Part shown: in pieces, positions 24,690 through 35,751 of the stretch
Layout: the number at the start of each line of letters is the position of its first letter
Numbering within the stretch: position 1 is the first letter of the stretch
DNA from: Rhynchobatus australiae
Taxonomy: Eukaryota
Assembly: GCA_034780895.1 (NCBI GenBank)
Contig: JAUZTB010000072.1
Coordinates: 17,993,210 to 18,057,209 of the forward strand
Length of the DNA: 64,000 nucleotides
Direction of reading: 5' to 3'
Made by a program: the position numbers and the translations under genes
Notes under the pieces: generated by a model
The model's database searches: none
What the model saw: the letters and a program-made list of their open reading frames with translations, nothing else
Told to the model about the DNA's origin: nothing

Positions 24690-26555
24690 TAACATTTAAA
24701 GGATTAATACATAGTTTGCAAGTGATATATTTTCCTTTTAAAGCAAAAAAAACAGGAAAAGTGGTCCAGCTATGGCTATCAAGAGAAGTTAGAGATAGTG
24801 TTAGATCAAAGGAAAAGGCTTATAATGTTGCCAAAAAAAGAACGGTAAGCCTGAGGATTGAGAGAATTTCAGAATTCAGCAAAGGAGGACTGAGGCATTG
24901 GTAAGGAAAGGGAAGGTAGAACACAGGAGGAGGCCAGCAAGAAACATAAAAGCAGACTGTAGAAGCTTCAACAGATATTTAAAAAGGGAAAGATTAGCTT
25001 AAATTACAGTGGGTCCCCTATAGACTGAGGCAGGAGAAATTATACTGGGGAAAATAAAGAAATGGCAGAGAAATTAAGCAAATATTTTGTGTCTTTCTTC
25101 CTGAAAACAGATTCAGAAATTCCAGGAAATAGTGAACCAGTCTGGAGTAGGTAAAGAACTCAAAGAAATTAACATCAGTTAAAAATTAATGTCAGAGGAG
25201 TTAATGGGCCTGAAGGGAATAAATCCCTCGGATGTATCGTGCAACTGAGAGTTCTGAAGTAGGTGGCTACTGAGAACTGGTTGTCATCTTCCAGTGATCT
25301 ATGGATTACTCAATGGCTTCTNNNNNNNNNNTTTAAGAAAGGACAGAGAGTGAATGTAGGCAGTCAGGGACCAGTTAATCTTACATCTGTAGCAGGGAAA
25401 TTACTGCAATCTATTATTAAAGAAGTGGCACAGGACAGTTAGTCCTGTCATTGAAAGAGAAATCACGTTTGACAAGTCTGTTGGAGTTTTTTGAGTTGTA
25501 ACCGTCAGAACAGATCAGGGTGGATCATTGGACAGACTTTCAGAAAGCCTTGGATGAGGGGTCATACAAGAGATTATTAAACAAAATTAGCATGCCCGTT
25601 ATTGGGGATAACATGCTGTTGTGGATAGAAGATTAGTTAGTGGCCGAAAAAGAGAGAGGAGGAATAAACATGTGTGCCACAGGGATCGGTACTGGGACCT
25701 CAGCTGTCCACAATCTATATCGATGACTTGGGTGAGGGGCTCAAGTGTAAAATATCGAGGTTGGCTGATGAGCTGAGAGCCGGGGTGGATGGTGAGGAGA
25801 ATGCAGAGAGGCTTCCATGGGCAGACAGATGGATGAGGACATGGCAGATGGAAAACAATGTGGAAAAAGATGAGGTCATCCACTTTGGTAGAAAAATACA
25901 GAAAGCTGGAGTGTTTGAAATTGTGAGAAACTGGTGCACAGAGGGAGCCGTGTGTTCTTGTAAACAAGTCATTGAAAGTTAATTAGCAAACAGCCCAGAA
26001 GGTGACTGGTACATAGACTGTTTCTGCAAGAGAACCAGAGTGGAGGGGTCTTGCTCCAGTTATATTGAGCCCTGCAGAGACCACACATTAAATATTATGC
26101 ATTGATGTAGTCTCTCCCTGAAGAAGGAGATACTTGTGATAAAGGCGGTGTAACAAAGTCCTGCTTCCTGGAATGATGGATTTGTTGCGTGAGGAGAGAC
26201 AAAGCAGACAACACCTTCAGTTTAACAGAACGAAAGGTGATCTCAGTGTACAGAAATCATGAGGGGGTTGGCAGGAAGGATGGTGGGTGCCTCGAAGAAG
26301 GTGCCACAGTCTCAAAATAAGGAGTGGGCCATTCAGGACAGAGATGAAGAGGAACATTTTCCCCCAGGGGGCGGCGAATCCTTGGAATTCTTCACCCAAG
26401 GGAGCTGTGGAGTCTCGATCACTGGCTATATTAAAGACAAAGCTAGATTTTAATATACGAAGTGATATGGTGTAAGTGCAGGAAAGTGGCACTGATCAGC
26501 TGTGGTCTCACTGAGTGATGGAGCAGGCACAAGCAGCCGGATGTCCTATTTGTAG
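24690..26555 (+). mobile_element. Degenerate 5'-truncated CR1 LINE (RT domain to 3' tail)
   Basis: KVVQLWLSREVRDSVRSKEKAYNVAK, PQGSVLGPQLSTIYIDDL...ISRLADE and GPFRTEMKRNIFPQ...WNSSP; many stops and frameshifts. Confidence 0.9.
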
Positions 26556-27199
26556 TACAATGGAGGCACAAGAGAGTGCACATGTAATACTATTTCTGAG
26601 GTGTGTGTTCTCATGTAAAGAATTTTCTATTTATCTCAGTTCCAAATGGCCAGTGCCTTTCCCATCACCTAGTGTTGCCTCTCCAGCCGTGGGAAACAGC
26701 CGCTCAGCTGTTACATTTGTCAAAACCTCTCAGGATCTCACATGTTTCATTGAGATTACATCTCATTCTTTTAAACTTCAGACAGAAGAGTCCCAATCTC
26801 TCCTCTGAAGGAATCCCTCCCCCGCCCAAAGAATCAATCCAGTGAACCTCCAAGGTGCTGCCTTGAAGGGCAAGCCTGTCCTTCCTTTGGAGCATCAGTT
26901 CTCCAGGTGAGGCCACAGCGAGGATCTGCACGTGCCCAGATTGTTTTATGCTCCCGCTCCTTGCTGTGGAGCCCAGTATTCCATTTGCTTCCCAACTGCT
27001 TGCAATGCCTACATGACACTGTACTTCGTGGGCAAAGACACACAAGTCCCAGTACTTAAAAATGAGCCACCATTTCCAAAAGTAGATAACCTCACACCTC
27101 TCAGCTTCTTGCTCTGTGTGTCTGAGGCCCGTTGTGGACACATAGAGTAAAAGGTGTCTACACACAGGTCACATGCCTCCAGGTCAAAGAGAGTAACAA

Positions 27200-27345
27200 C
27201 ACACACAAAATGCTGGAGGGACTCAGCAGGTCAGGCAGCATCTACGGAGGGAAATGAACGGTTGACACTTCGGGCTGAGACCCTTAATCAGGACTGGAAC
27301 GAAAGAGGGCAGAAGCCAGAATAAAAGGGGTGGGAAAGGGGAAGG
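27200..27345 (-). mobile_element. Penelope-like element terminal fragment
   Basis: Reverse strand reads CTGATTAAGGGTCTCAGCCCGAAGTGTCAAC...GATGCTGCCTGACCTGCTGAGTCCCTCCAGCATTTTGTG. Confidence 0.6.
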
Positions 27346-27540
27346 AACCACTCTGTTGCTTTTAGTGCGGACACCTGAGGAAGAATTTCAAATCCCAAGG
27401 GCTCACATCACAACAGTTCAGTTTAGCACTGTTAGCAAATCTGGAAACATTGCGCTCGCTCCCTTTGCATTGATCATTATTTTTCCTTTTGTGATTGAAT
27501 GGCCCACCATTAATGAGCACACAGGGAGCAAATAGAGAGG

Positions 27541-27635
27541 GAATGCCAGAGGAAGAGCTGTGCTCCCAGAGCTAGACCCCACCAGGGAATGCCGGAGGGA
27601 GAGCAGTGCTCCCAGAGCTAAACCCCACCAAGAAT
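27541..27635. repeat. 46-bp tandem duplication (2 copies)
   Basis: GAATGCC(A/G)GAGG(A/G)AGAGC(T/A)GTGCTCCCAGAGCTA(G/A)ACCCCACCA at 27541 and 27587. Confidence 0.9.
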
Positions 27636-28281
27636 CTGCACCTTCAGAGCAGATAAGTGGTGGAAAATAGGATGTNNNNNNNNNNNNNNNNNNNNNNNNN
27701 NNNNNNNNNNNNNNNNNNNNNNNNNNNNNNNNNNNNNNNNNNNNNNNNNNNNNNNNNNNNNNNNNNNNNNNNNNNNNNNNNNNNNNNNNNNNNNNNNNNN
27801 NNNNNNNNNNNNNNNNNNNNNNNNNNNNNNNNNNNNNNNGTGCGTGTCAGTGAGCAGAGTTGTGTTGCTGCACAGGTGCGGCTGGACAGGTGCGGCTGGA
27901 CAGGTGCTTTACTGATGCCACATTACAGAAGCACCAATTAGATAAAACTGAACACAAGCTGAAGGACTGAACAAATATGTTGGCTACGGAGGTGGATTTT
28001 GAGAAGAGCCAGAAGCAGAGAGAAAGAGGAGTTAACAGAGGGAAATCTGGAGTGGGAAGCTCAGTCTGGGTGAAAGGGGAGAGCTGAAAAGAAGGAGGAA
28101 AAAGTTGCCGTTGTGGTGTGTGTTCAGGGCTATGGATTGAAGGCAGATCCAAAGGAAGGAAGGACCCACACACTGGATAGCTCCTCCATGAGGTTCAAAA
28201 CGAGGGGATTTAAGAGTGACAGCTCTGCTCCCCACCCAATCCTCACACTGCACTCAAGTAATAGTTTTTTCTAATTTTCAG

Positions 28282-28447
28282 GTGTGGTTCAGTAATCGCC
28301 GTGCTCGATGGCGTAAGCAGGCTGGAGCCAATCAGCTGGCAGCTTTCAACCACCTGTTACCGGGAGGTTTTGCACCCACTGGAATGCCAACCCTGCCCCC
28401 ATATCAGTTGCCTGAGTCATCATACCCATCAACTACCCTCTCCCAAG
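28282..28447 (+). CDS. pax7: Pax7 exon 6 equivalent: homeodomain recognition helix (Ser50) and start of transactivation region
   Basis: Acceptor ctaattttcag|, donor AAG|gtaagg; 166 nt, phase 0 to 1. Encodes [55 protein letters not shown]. Confidence 0.98.
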
Positions 28448-29074
28448 GTAAGGGCACTGTCAAGTCCAACAGAACAGCATGTCAAACAACTTCATGGTGA
28501 ATGCTTGGGATGAGCTTGTAGTTAATTAACAACCTGTACAAGGTCACTTGAGCAGACAAGATGGTGCGCATGGTCAAGGACCAGTTGATATTTGCTTTGA
28601 GCCCTTTCAGCTCCTGGCAAAGCCCCATTTGGTAGAATGGATATTGAATTAGTGATGGGATCATTTGGGGCTGATGCTTGAACTGGAATCACTAGCCTGT
28701 ACAGAAATGGTCTGATATGTATTCTATTGAGCTCAGTGAAGGGTAAAATGATGGAATATTTCACTCCTGTTTAAAGGTGAATCCCGCCAACTTCTTGAAT
28801 TCTAATGATAAGAAAATCTGCTGCCTGGCAGTCTGAGCCCAGGGATCCAGGTTCCATCCTTTGCTGATCCCCTGCTCGAGGGACACACGGTGAGCCTGAG
28901 AGCTGCTGGATCAGGGAGGACAGGAACGAACCAGGGCTCCTCCCACTGATTGCAGTCCCCAGACACTCTGCCAGGCAGCCTGAGTGAGAGTGGATGACGG
29001 GTTCAGACCCAGTCCCTCTGTGTCTGCATAAAGCTGCTGGCATCAGCTGAAGAGCTGCCAGTGCTTGTGTAACT

Positions 29075-29360
29075 GAATCCACAGGTGGGACGGGAGGGTG
29101 AGGGAAGTGGGGAAGGGGTGGGAGTGGGGAAGGGAGATGTGGGGAGGGGAAAGGGGAGAACAGGGAAGGAGGAGAGGGGAAAGGAGGAGGGCAGGGCAGT
29201 GGAGAGGTTGGCATATGGGGTGGAAAGTGAAGGGAGGAAAGTGAAAGGACGTGGAAGGAGGGGAGGTGAGAGGGGCAGTGTTTAAGGAGGGGGAGAGGAA
29301 AGAGTAGGAGGAGGGGAGAGAGTAGGAAGTGAAGGGGGAGAGTGGAGAAAGAGAAGAGAA
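29075..29360. repeat. Purine-rich (GA) low-complexity tract
   Basis: Almost entirely G/A, with many GGG runs, just upstream of exon 7. Confidence 0.85.
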
Positions 29361-29429
29361 ATGCATTGTGGATGTGATGTCAGAGCTTCTCTGTGTGACT
29401 AACCGCTTGTGGTGTGTGGTTGGACCCAG

Positions 29430-29629
29430 ATGGAGGGAGCACCGTCCACAGACCGCAGCCTCTGCCGCCCTCGTCCATGCATCAGAGCGGCCTGGCAGCT
29501 GCAGCCGAGAGTGCCTCCTATGGCCTAGCATCCAATCGGCACGGCTTCTCCAGCTACCCTGACAGCTTCATGAACCCGACAGGACCCAACAACTCCATGA
29601 ACCAGGTCAGCAATGGACTCTCTCCACAG
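29430..29629 (+). CDS. pax7: Pax7 exon 7 equivalent
   Basis: Acceptor ggacccag|, donor CAG|gtcagc; 200 nt, phase 1 to 0. Encodes (D)[66 protein letters not shown]. Confidence 0.97.
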
Positions 29630-30311
29630 GTCAGCCTTCACACAATCGCATTCTCCAACATCACTCGGTACAGCTGTGTCTCCCCACTCCCATCCCAACT
29701 CCCCTTCCCACCCACCCCACCTGGGATAAGACTCAGCCCATGTCTATAAAACAGAGCCCTCAATCGCATTGGCACAGCTATTAGAGCTACACTTCACTAC
29801 TCCCTCACAGATAGGTCATCCCAATGGTGCAGCCACTCAGATGTTCAAGTGATCACTTCAGAAACTCAGCAGTGTGACTGGAGTCCATCAGATTAAAGCC
29901 TGGGGTCCGGAATGCAGAGCAATCCCCAGGGTGAAGTGTTGGACAAACCAGGAGGTGATAGTTAGCATGAGTCATCTTGGTTTTATAGCAGTGGATCGTT
30001 AGAGGAAGGAAAAGTAAAAGGGAGGGGAGAGTGAGAGTAGGGATGACCCAGATAGTTGGTTTGGGATAATCATGAGATGGAAAAGAATTTGCAGACGGAG
30101 GTTTCAGACTTGCTTGGCACTTCAGAAGGACAAGAAGGAAAGCTTGACAGGGAATACAACTCACTGAGGAGAAGGGGAGGCTGGAGGGGATTAGACACAG
30201 TGCTGGCGGCCTCCACAGATGTGGGAGTGAGATAGGGGTTAAAGGGGCCCCCTGATATAAAGGAAGAGGACAGAAGTTAGAAGGGATCCCAAATATAGAG
30301 AAGGAAGATAC

Positions 30312-30493
30312 TTGATCCTCAGTGAGAGTCGGCACCTTCAGGGGAGGGGGCTGATCCCCAGTGAGAGTTGGCACTTTCAGGGGAGGGGGCTGATCCCCAG
30401 TGAGAGTCGGCACCTCCAGGGGAGGGGGCTGATCCCCAGTGAGAGTCGGCACCTCCAGGGGAGGGGGCTGATCCCCAGTGAGAGTCGGCACCT
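30312..30493 (+). repeat. 39-bp minisatellite array 1 (AGTGAGAGTCGGCACCT(T/C)CAGGGGAGGGGGCTGATCCCC)
   Basis: About 4.5 near-identical head-to-tail units running into a 100-N gap. Confidence 0.97.
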
Positions 30494-30750
30494 NNNNNNN
30501 NNNNNNNNNNNNNNNNNNNNNNNNNNNNNNNNNNNNNNNNNNNNNNNNNNNNNNNNNNNNNNNNNNNNNNNNNNNNNNNNNNNNNNNNNNNNNTAGGCTC
30601 AGTAACACCAGCCATGTTCACCCTGACCGGGAGTGTGGAACGTCAGTATAGACCTGCTCCTGGGCAATGTCTACCCACCTTGTGCAGCAAACCTGTACAA
30701 ACAAAACCTCCCACCACCCTGTGAGTGCTGCCCCATCCTGCCAGATTTAC

Positions 30751-30813
30751 CTCATCCTGTGCGACCTGTGCAGTGCGGAAGTCCTCTTCCTGATTCTTTT
30801 GGCTCCTTGATTT
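30751..30813 (-). CDS. CCDC50-like antisense gene, exon D
   Basis: Minus strand ctcttacag|AAATCA...GATGAG|gtaaat; 63 nt, phase 0-0. Encodes KSRSQKNQEEDFRTAQVAQDE, matching the recalled short CCDC50 exon ending DMRAAQVAQDE. Confidence 0.85.
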
Positions 30814-31299
30814 CTGTAAGAGATTTTTCTTGAACTTAAGCTTGAATTTACAAATGAGATACAAACTATTGGCACTGAAAGCAAAGTGCGATACTGTAAC
30901 TAAACCTCTCCCACTTTCCATGACTGACCAGCTCAGGCCCTGAGCATCACTGAGGAAAAGCAGCACTCCCTTTTTCTCTGCACAGTCAAACCTCAGCACA
31001 GGTCAGAGCCCATCTGTGCTTCCTTTAAAGCATAAAAACTTGTTTGCAGAGAACAACTTCCCAAAGCGTATCAAAATTGGAAAATTAGGAAAGGTGAGCA
31101 AATAATCAGATTTAAAGTGGTGGGGGTGGGTTAAAGAACGAGGGAGAGAGAGGCACAGAAGTTCTGGGAGGGATTCCCAGAGCTGGAGCCCAGCCACAGT
31201 CTCGAGCTGTGAAGCAATTCACTGAGGGCCAGGAGGCCAGAGATTTCACAGGGTTGTTTGTCCACTCCTTGGGATAGGGGCCTCCCTAACAATGCTGCA

Positions 31300-32760
31300 T
31301 CCATTGCCCATCCTTAGTATCCCTCTAGAAAGCAGTGGTGAGCCAACTTCTTGAACCGTTGCAGTCCTTCTAGTGAAGGGACTCCAACTGTGCTATTGGA
31401 TAAGGAGTTCCAGGATTTGGACACAGCAATGAAGGAGGACTGGTGCTGAGTGTCCTGCAGAGGAACCTACAAGTGGTGGGGTTTCCTTGTCCTCCTCAAG
31501 TGTCGTGGTTGTGGGTTTGCAATGTGCTGTAATAACAGCAGAGGTGAGTAACTGCAATGCATTCAGTAAACGGTACACACTGCAGCCACGGAATGACGGA
31601 GGTGGAGGGAATGAATGTTTAGGATGGCAAAAAGGGTGCAAATCATACAGGCTGCTTTGTCCTGGCTGGTATAATCCAACTCCAACATCACGCTTCTGCG
31701 CAGCTTGGGGCAAGACCTTGGGAGCACAGGAGATGGGTCACTCACCCATCTGCCCTGCTGCTGTAGCCACACGAGGCTGGTCCAGCTGAGGTTCTGGTCA
31801 ATGGCAACCTGCAGGATGATGAGGGAGGGGACAGTGGTGGTAATACCAGTCAACGTTAAGGGTGAGTGGTTAGATTGTCTGGCACTCTGTGACACAAATG
31901 TTTCTTGCCTCTGGCCGGTTTGCCCTTTGGTACCCACCAGCCTCCATTTTATCAGAGCTCCTCGATGACATACTCAGTCAAGTGCTGCCTTGGCGTCAAG
32001 AGCAGTCACTCTCTCCTCACCTCTGGAATTCAGCCCTCTGGTCCTCGTTCAGACCAAGGCTTTGAGGAGGTTGGGAGCCAAGGCGTCCTGGCAAAACCCA
32101 AACAGGTCATTGGCGAACAGGTCATTGGCGAGTGCTGCTTGGGACAACAGCTTCCCTCACCTTGGTGTGGATGGAGAGAAGACTGATTCAGTGATAATTA
32201 GCAGGAGTGGTCATCCTGCCACTGATGGACAGAGCACACTGGTTCAGGAAATGCTGGTATTGCAACTATACTGGAACAGCTTGGCTGCAGGCACGGCGAG
32301 TCCTAGACTTCCCTACAATGGCTGGCACCCTGTCTCTTCCCATAACCTTCACTGCAACCTGCGCTCTCATGTGGAGTTAACTGAATCGGCTGAAGACTGG
32401 CTTCCACAATGGTGCAGTGGGGATCTCAGGAGAAAGCCAAGACAGATCCCTTCATTGACAAATGCTCAGTTACTGGGCCCCACCATTGCAGAGGATGGGA
32501 AGGTCCTTGGAAGCTCCTCCTGCTCCTCCTACTGGCTGTTTAACTGACCACCACCAGGCGTGGTGAGCCACCACAGGACTGCTAAGCTGCCTGGTGGAGG
32601 TGGCATCACATCCACCGCGTGCCGTTTGGACTGCAGGTGGTCCTGTATTACTGACACCGTGTTGCTACCTCACCCTGGGCTCTGCCTTGCAGCATGCACC
32701 TGCACTCCCTACTGAACTGTTTCTGCCCCTCCGGTACTTGATGCTAGCAGGGCCAGAGGA
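31300..32760 (-). mobile_element. Highly decayed non-LTR retrotransposon (CR1/L2 group)
   Basis: Reverse strand ends in TTCAAGAAG..GCTCACCAC...GGATGGGCAAT, an elasmobranch LINE 3' end; RT-like remnants upstream. Confidence 0.55.
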
Positions 32761-32916
32761 GGGTTGAGGGAACTCTCAGGAAACAGTTAATGACCATGAC
32801 AACAACCCAAGGCTATTTGACAGAGCAGCCCAGCGCCTCATGATTGATGGACCGATCAACAGTGTTAAACCCCGAGCGCTCCAATTGCCCCCACGTACCA
32901 GCTGGACCATCCTCAC

Positions 32917-33059
32917 TTCCTCCTCCTCCTGCAGTAGACGGGCCAATGCCTCGTCCCTCTGGAGCTGCTCCTCATCAGCACTGTAGGAATCTTTGATAGT
33001 CAGCTCTGCAACCTTCCTGTCCAGAGAGCTCCCACCCTGCTCACGCCACAGTCTCTTCC
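32917..33059 (-). CDS. CCDC50-like antisense gene, exon C (MIU-like motif)
   Basis: Minus strand gctaat...ttttgctttttgtcctgaacag| and GAA|gtgagg; 143 nt, phase 1 to 0. Encodes (G)KRLWREQGGSSLDRKVAELTIKDSYSADEEQLQRDEALARLLQEEEE. Confidence 0.85.
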
Positions 33060-33335
33060 CTGTTCAGGACAAAAAGCAAAAATCCAATTAGCCATCATCT
33101 CTCAGACATGCGCGACTTGTGTCAGTGCAGAAGGGCAAAGGATCGCGGGGCACCGAATGAACCCACTCTTCCCTTCACACAAGGGGAGCCCGACTGTTTC
33201 ACTGTGGGGGTATCACAGGTAAAGTCCACCTGTGGGGCATTATGTGGGTGGGAGGTGGAGGAAGAGTCACTGAAGGGTGACTGGGGATGTTTTATTTGCC
33301 AGGTGCTGCCTCCCTCCTGACCGAGNNNNNNNNNN

Positions 33336-33509
33336 ATGTTGGTTGTGCAGCGCTGGGGTTTTCTGTCGGACTGGGAAATGACAGGAATGGTTTCCCGGCT
33401 GGGTGACCACACCGGAAACTCCACTGGTCACTCTCGGGTAGGCATCATGTTGTACGGATGGGCTTGTGCAGACACAATTCCAAGAGCATTGTGAGCCGGA
33501 ACCAAGTTC
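33336..33509 (+). repeat. Inverted repeat arm A (pairs with 34434-34609)
   Basis: About 80% identical over ~175 nt by hand alignment, with two 1-nt gaps. Confidence 0.92.
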
Positions 33510-34276
33510 TGCAGAGCGCCAGTGGTCAGGGTCCTGTTAAGCCCAGCCAGCAGTGGCTCTCATGGTTAGGAGTAGATCTCTGAGTGGGCCCCTGACCCAA
33601 GGAGGCTCCCTTTAAACTACTCACCTCCCATCCCATCTCCCAAATCTTCCCCCTGCCCCACCCATCGCCTTACTGACCCTCACACCCACCAATCATCTGA
33701 TCCAATACCCCAACACCACCCTCACTCCAGCCCGATTCACAAACCCTCCTCCACTGGGTCATTCGAGACCCAGATCCCCGAACACCTGACTTGACCCCAC
33801 CACTGCCACTGATTGCTCACGGCTCACCCCCGCCCTGTTCACACACCCCACACGGTGCAGCGTTTGAAGGAAGGCGGCTTGTTAGAGGACAGCTTGGAAA
33901 GGACAGACACCTTTGTCCGCATTGTGCCACAGAACAAGTAACACCGTCCCTGCAGCGACTGAGGAACCCACCACGAGAGGTGCCAATGAACGCTGGGTGT
34001 TTGTTTTCTTTGCCTACTGCAAGGTAAAGCCCTTTGCTACGTCCAACAGCAGTGGTTATGTAGTTGCCAGACCCATCCCTCTCCAGGGTCCACCTCGTCC
34101 CCCTCCCAACGTAATGTGCTCCACATGAGGGTGTAGGGTGAACGCGTGGTCGTTGGGGAAGACATCAGCCACGTGACTTCAGCTGCAGATGCCTCACGTG
34201 AAATCCAGTTGAAGGCGAGTCCCTGCTCCCTCCATTAAACCAACATCCATCAGCTGGAGAGAGTGCCAAAACTCAC

Positions 34277-34348
34277 CCTTCCCTGGAGAGGTCAGGCTGT
34301 GGGCCTCAAAATGTATAAAGCTCGGTGAGCGATAAATAACACGTTCTA
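34277..34348 (-). CDS. CCDC50-like antisense gene, candidate symmetric cassette exon B
   Basis: Minus strand cattccccag|TAG (NAGNAG) and consensus donor AGG|gtgagt; 72 nt, phase 1-1, open in the required frame: (V)ERVIYRSPSFIHFEAHSLTSPGK(G). No homology support. Confidence 0.5.
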
Positions 34349-34433
34349 CTGGGGAATGATGTTTAGATCACCAGGACAAAGAGAGGTGATGAATTCTTTC
34401 ATTAGGGAATGGGATCCTCGACGTGGAAACATG

Positions 34434-34609
34434 GAACCTGATTCCTGCTAACCACGCTCTCGGAATTGTGTCTGCAGAAGCCCATCCACACAACATGATT
34501 CCTGCCAGGAAGTGACCAGTGCTATTTCCGGAATGGTACAACCCAGCCCAGAAACCGTTCCCGTCACTGCCCAGACCTACAGAAAACCCCAGCACTGCAC
34601 AACCCACGT
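34434..34609 (-). repeat. Inverted repeat arm B (pairs with 33336-33509)
   Basis: Reverse complement GGTTGTGCAGTGCTGGGGTTTTCTGT...ATCATGTTGT..GGATGGGCTT.TGCAGACACAATTCC is shared with arm A. Confidence 0.92.
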
Positions 34610-34829
34610 CCCCAGTCACCCCTCTGCACCTGATGTCCTCCGTGACCATTGATAAAAGCTTTTAACGGAGGTGAGTGCAACAGAAAAGGATTTGAGGAAA
34701 GGTCTGAGGAGGGACTGCAGAACTGGTTCTTGGAGAGTTAGCCCTGCTGCAATGGGCCAAATGGCCTTCCTCCATGCAGTGGCATTCAATGACTTGATCA
34801 GGGGGAAAGTCACCACCTCACCCCCTTCC

Positions 34830-35350
34830 CAGCCACAGGGGGTCAGCTGTAGCTCAGTCACGATTCCAGTTCCATCCATCTGGGGCTGCAGTATTGTGCT
34901 GGGGGAGCCCTGCACTGTCAGTAGTGCCACCTTTGATGAAAGCGTTAAACCCTGGACAAAAAAATAATGCCATGGGATATTTATGAAGAGATTTCTTCAC
35001 CCAGGAGACAGGGAATCTTTGGGTTGTGGAAGCTCAGTTGAGTGTACTCAATGCAGAGGTCGAAAGTTGAATGGATATTACAGAAATCCTGGGGCTTGTG
35101 GAGGGAAGTGGAACTGAGGTAAAAGATCAGTTATGATCTTACTGAATAGTGGAGCAGGCTCGAGGGGCTTCTGTCTCTCTCGTTCTTATACCAGAGCAGA
35201 GACCTTGTTATGTTGCTGCTTGTGGGAGCTTGCTGTACGCAAACTTGTTGCCACATCTCCCTCATTATCACAGGGTTAACATTTAAAGTATTTCATTGGC
35301 TGCAATGTGCTCCAAGGCCGCAGATTGTGAAAGGCGCTATACAAATGCAG
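34830..35350 (+). mobile_element. DeuSINE-like SINE interrupted by a CR1 3' tail (about 34990-35190)
   Basis: CCTGCACTGTCAGTAGTGCCACCTTT-GATGA, then a CR1 TTCTTCACCCAG...GGAGCAGGCTCGAGGGGC segment, then TGTGGGAGCTTGCTGT...GAAAGGCGCTATACAAATGCA. Confidence 0.6.
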
Positions 35351-35368
35351 AGAGGTGACATGGTTTAC

Positions 35369-35474
35369 CCCTCTGCCGGTACGCCTCCTGTCCAGCCCCG
35401 TACACCTCAGCCTCTGGTGTGAGTCTTCCCTGGTTCCTCAGCTCTTCCTCCTCCTGTAACCTTCTGGCCACTTC
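35369..35474 (-). CDS. CCDC50-like antisense gene, exon A
   Basis: Minus strand gactaat branch site, tgtttgtgttgtag| and GGG|gtaaac; 106 nt, phase 0 to 1. Encodes EVARRLQEEEELRNQGRLTPEAEVYGAGQEAYRQR(G); compare the recalled CCDC50 exon starting DIARLLQEKEL. Confidence 0.82.
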
Positions 35475-35751
35475 CTACAACACAAACACATGGGACAAAT
35501 TAGTCACAGCACTGCCCTGAAACACTTCGCCAAAAAAAAAGCCCCTTCGAATTTCTAGACACCAGTATGAAAACCCCATGCACGCTGCAAGGGGCAGTCA
35601 TCACATGAAAACAAAACATGAACTGTGCTTCAGGTCAGGTAGGGAGGGGGCAGGAAACTACAAGGTTGCCCAGTCCAGCCGGGCATTAGTGGCATGGGGA
35701 TGGGGGTCACCTGACAGGGCAGCACACGGAGCTCAACCTCAACATACAGCT

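Noticed and set aside
34277-34576. 300-nt symmetric minus-strand exon using the ttttctgtag acceptor
   Set aside because: In-frame TGA at 34368-34370 in the required phase; the 72-nt version is preferred.
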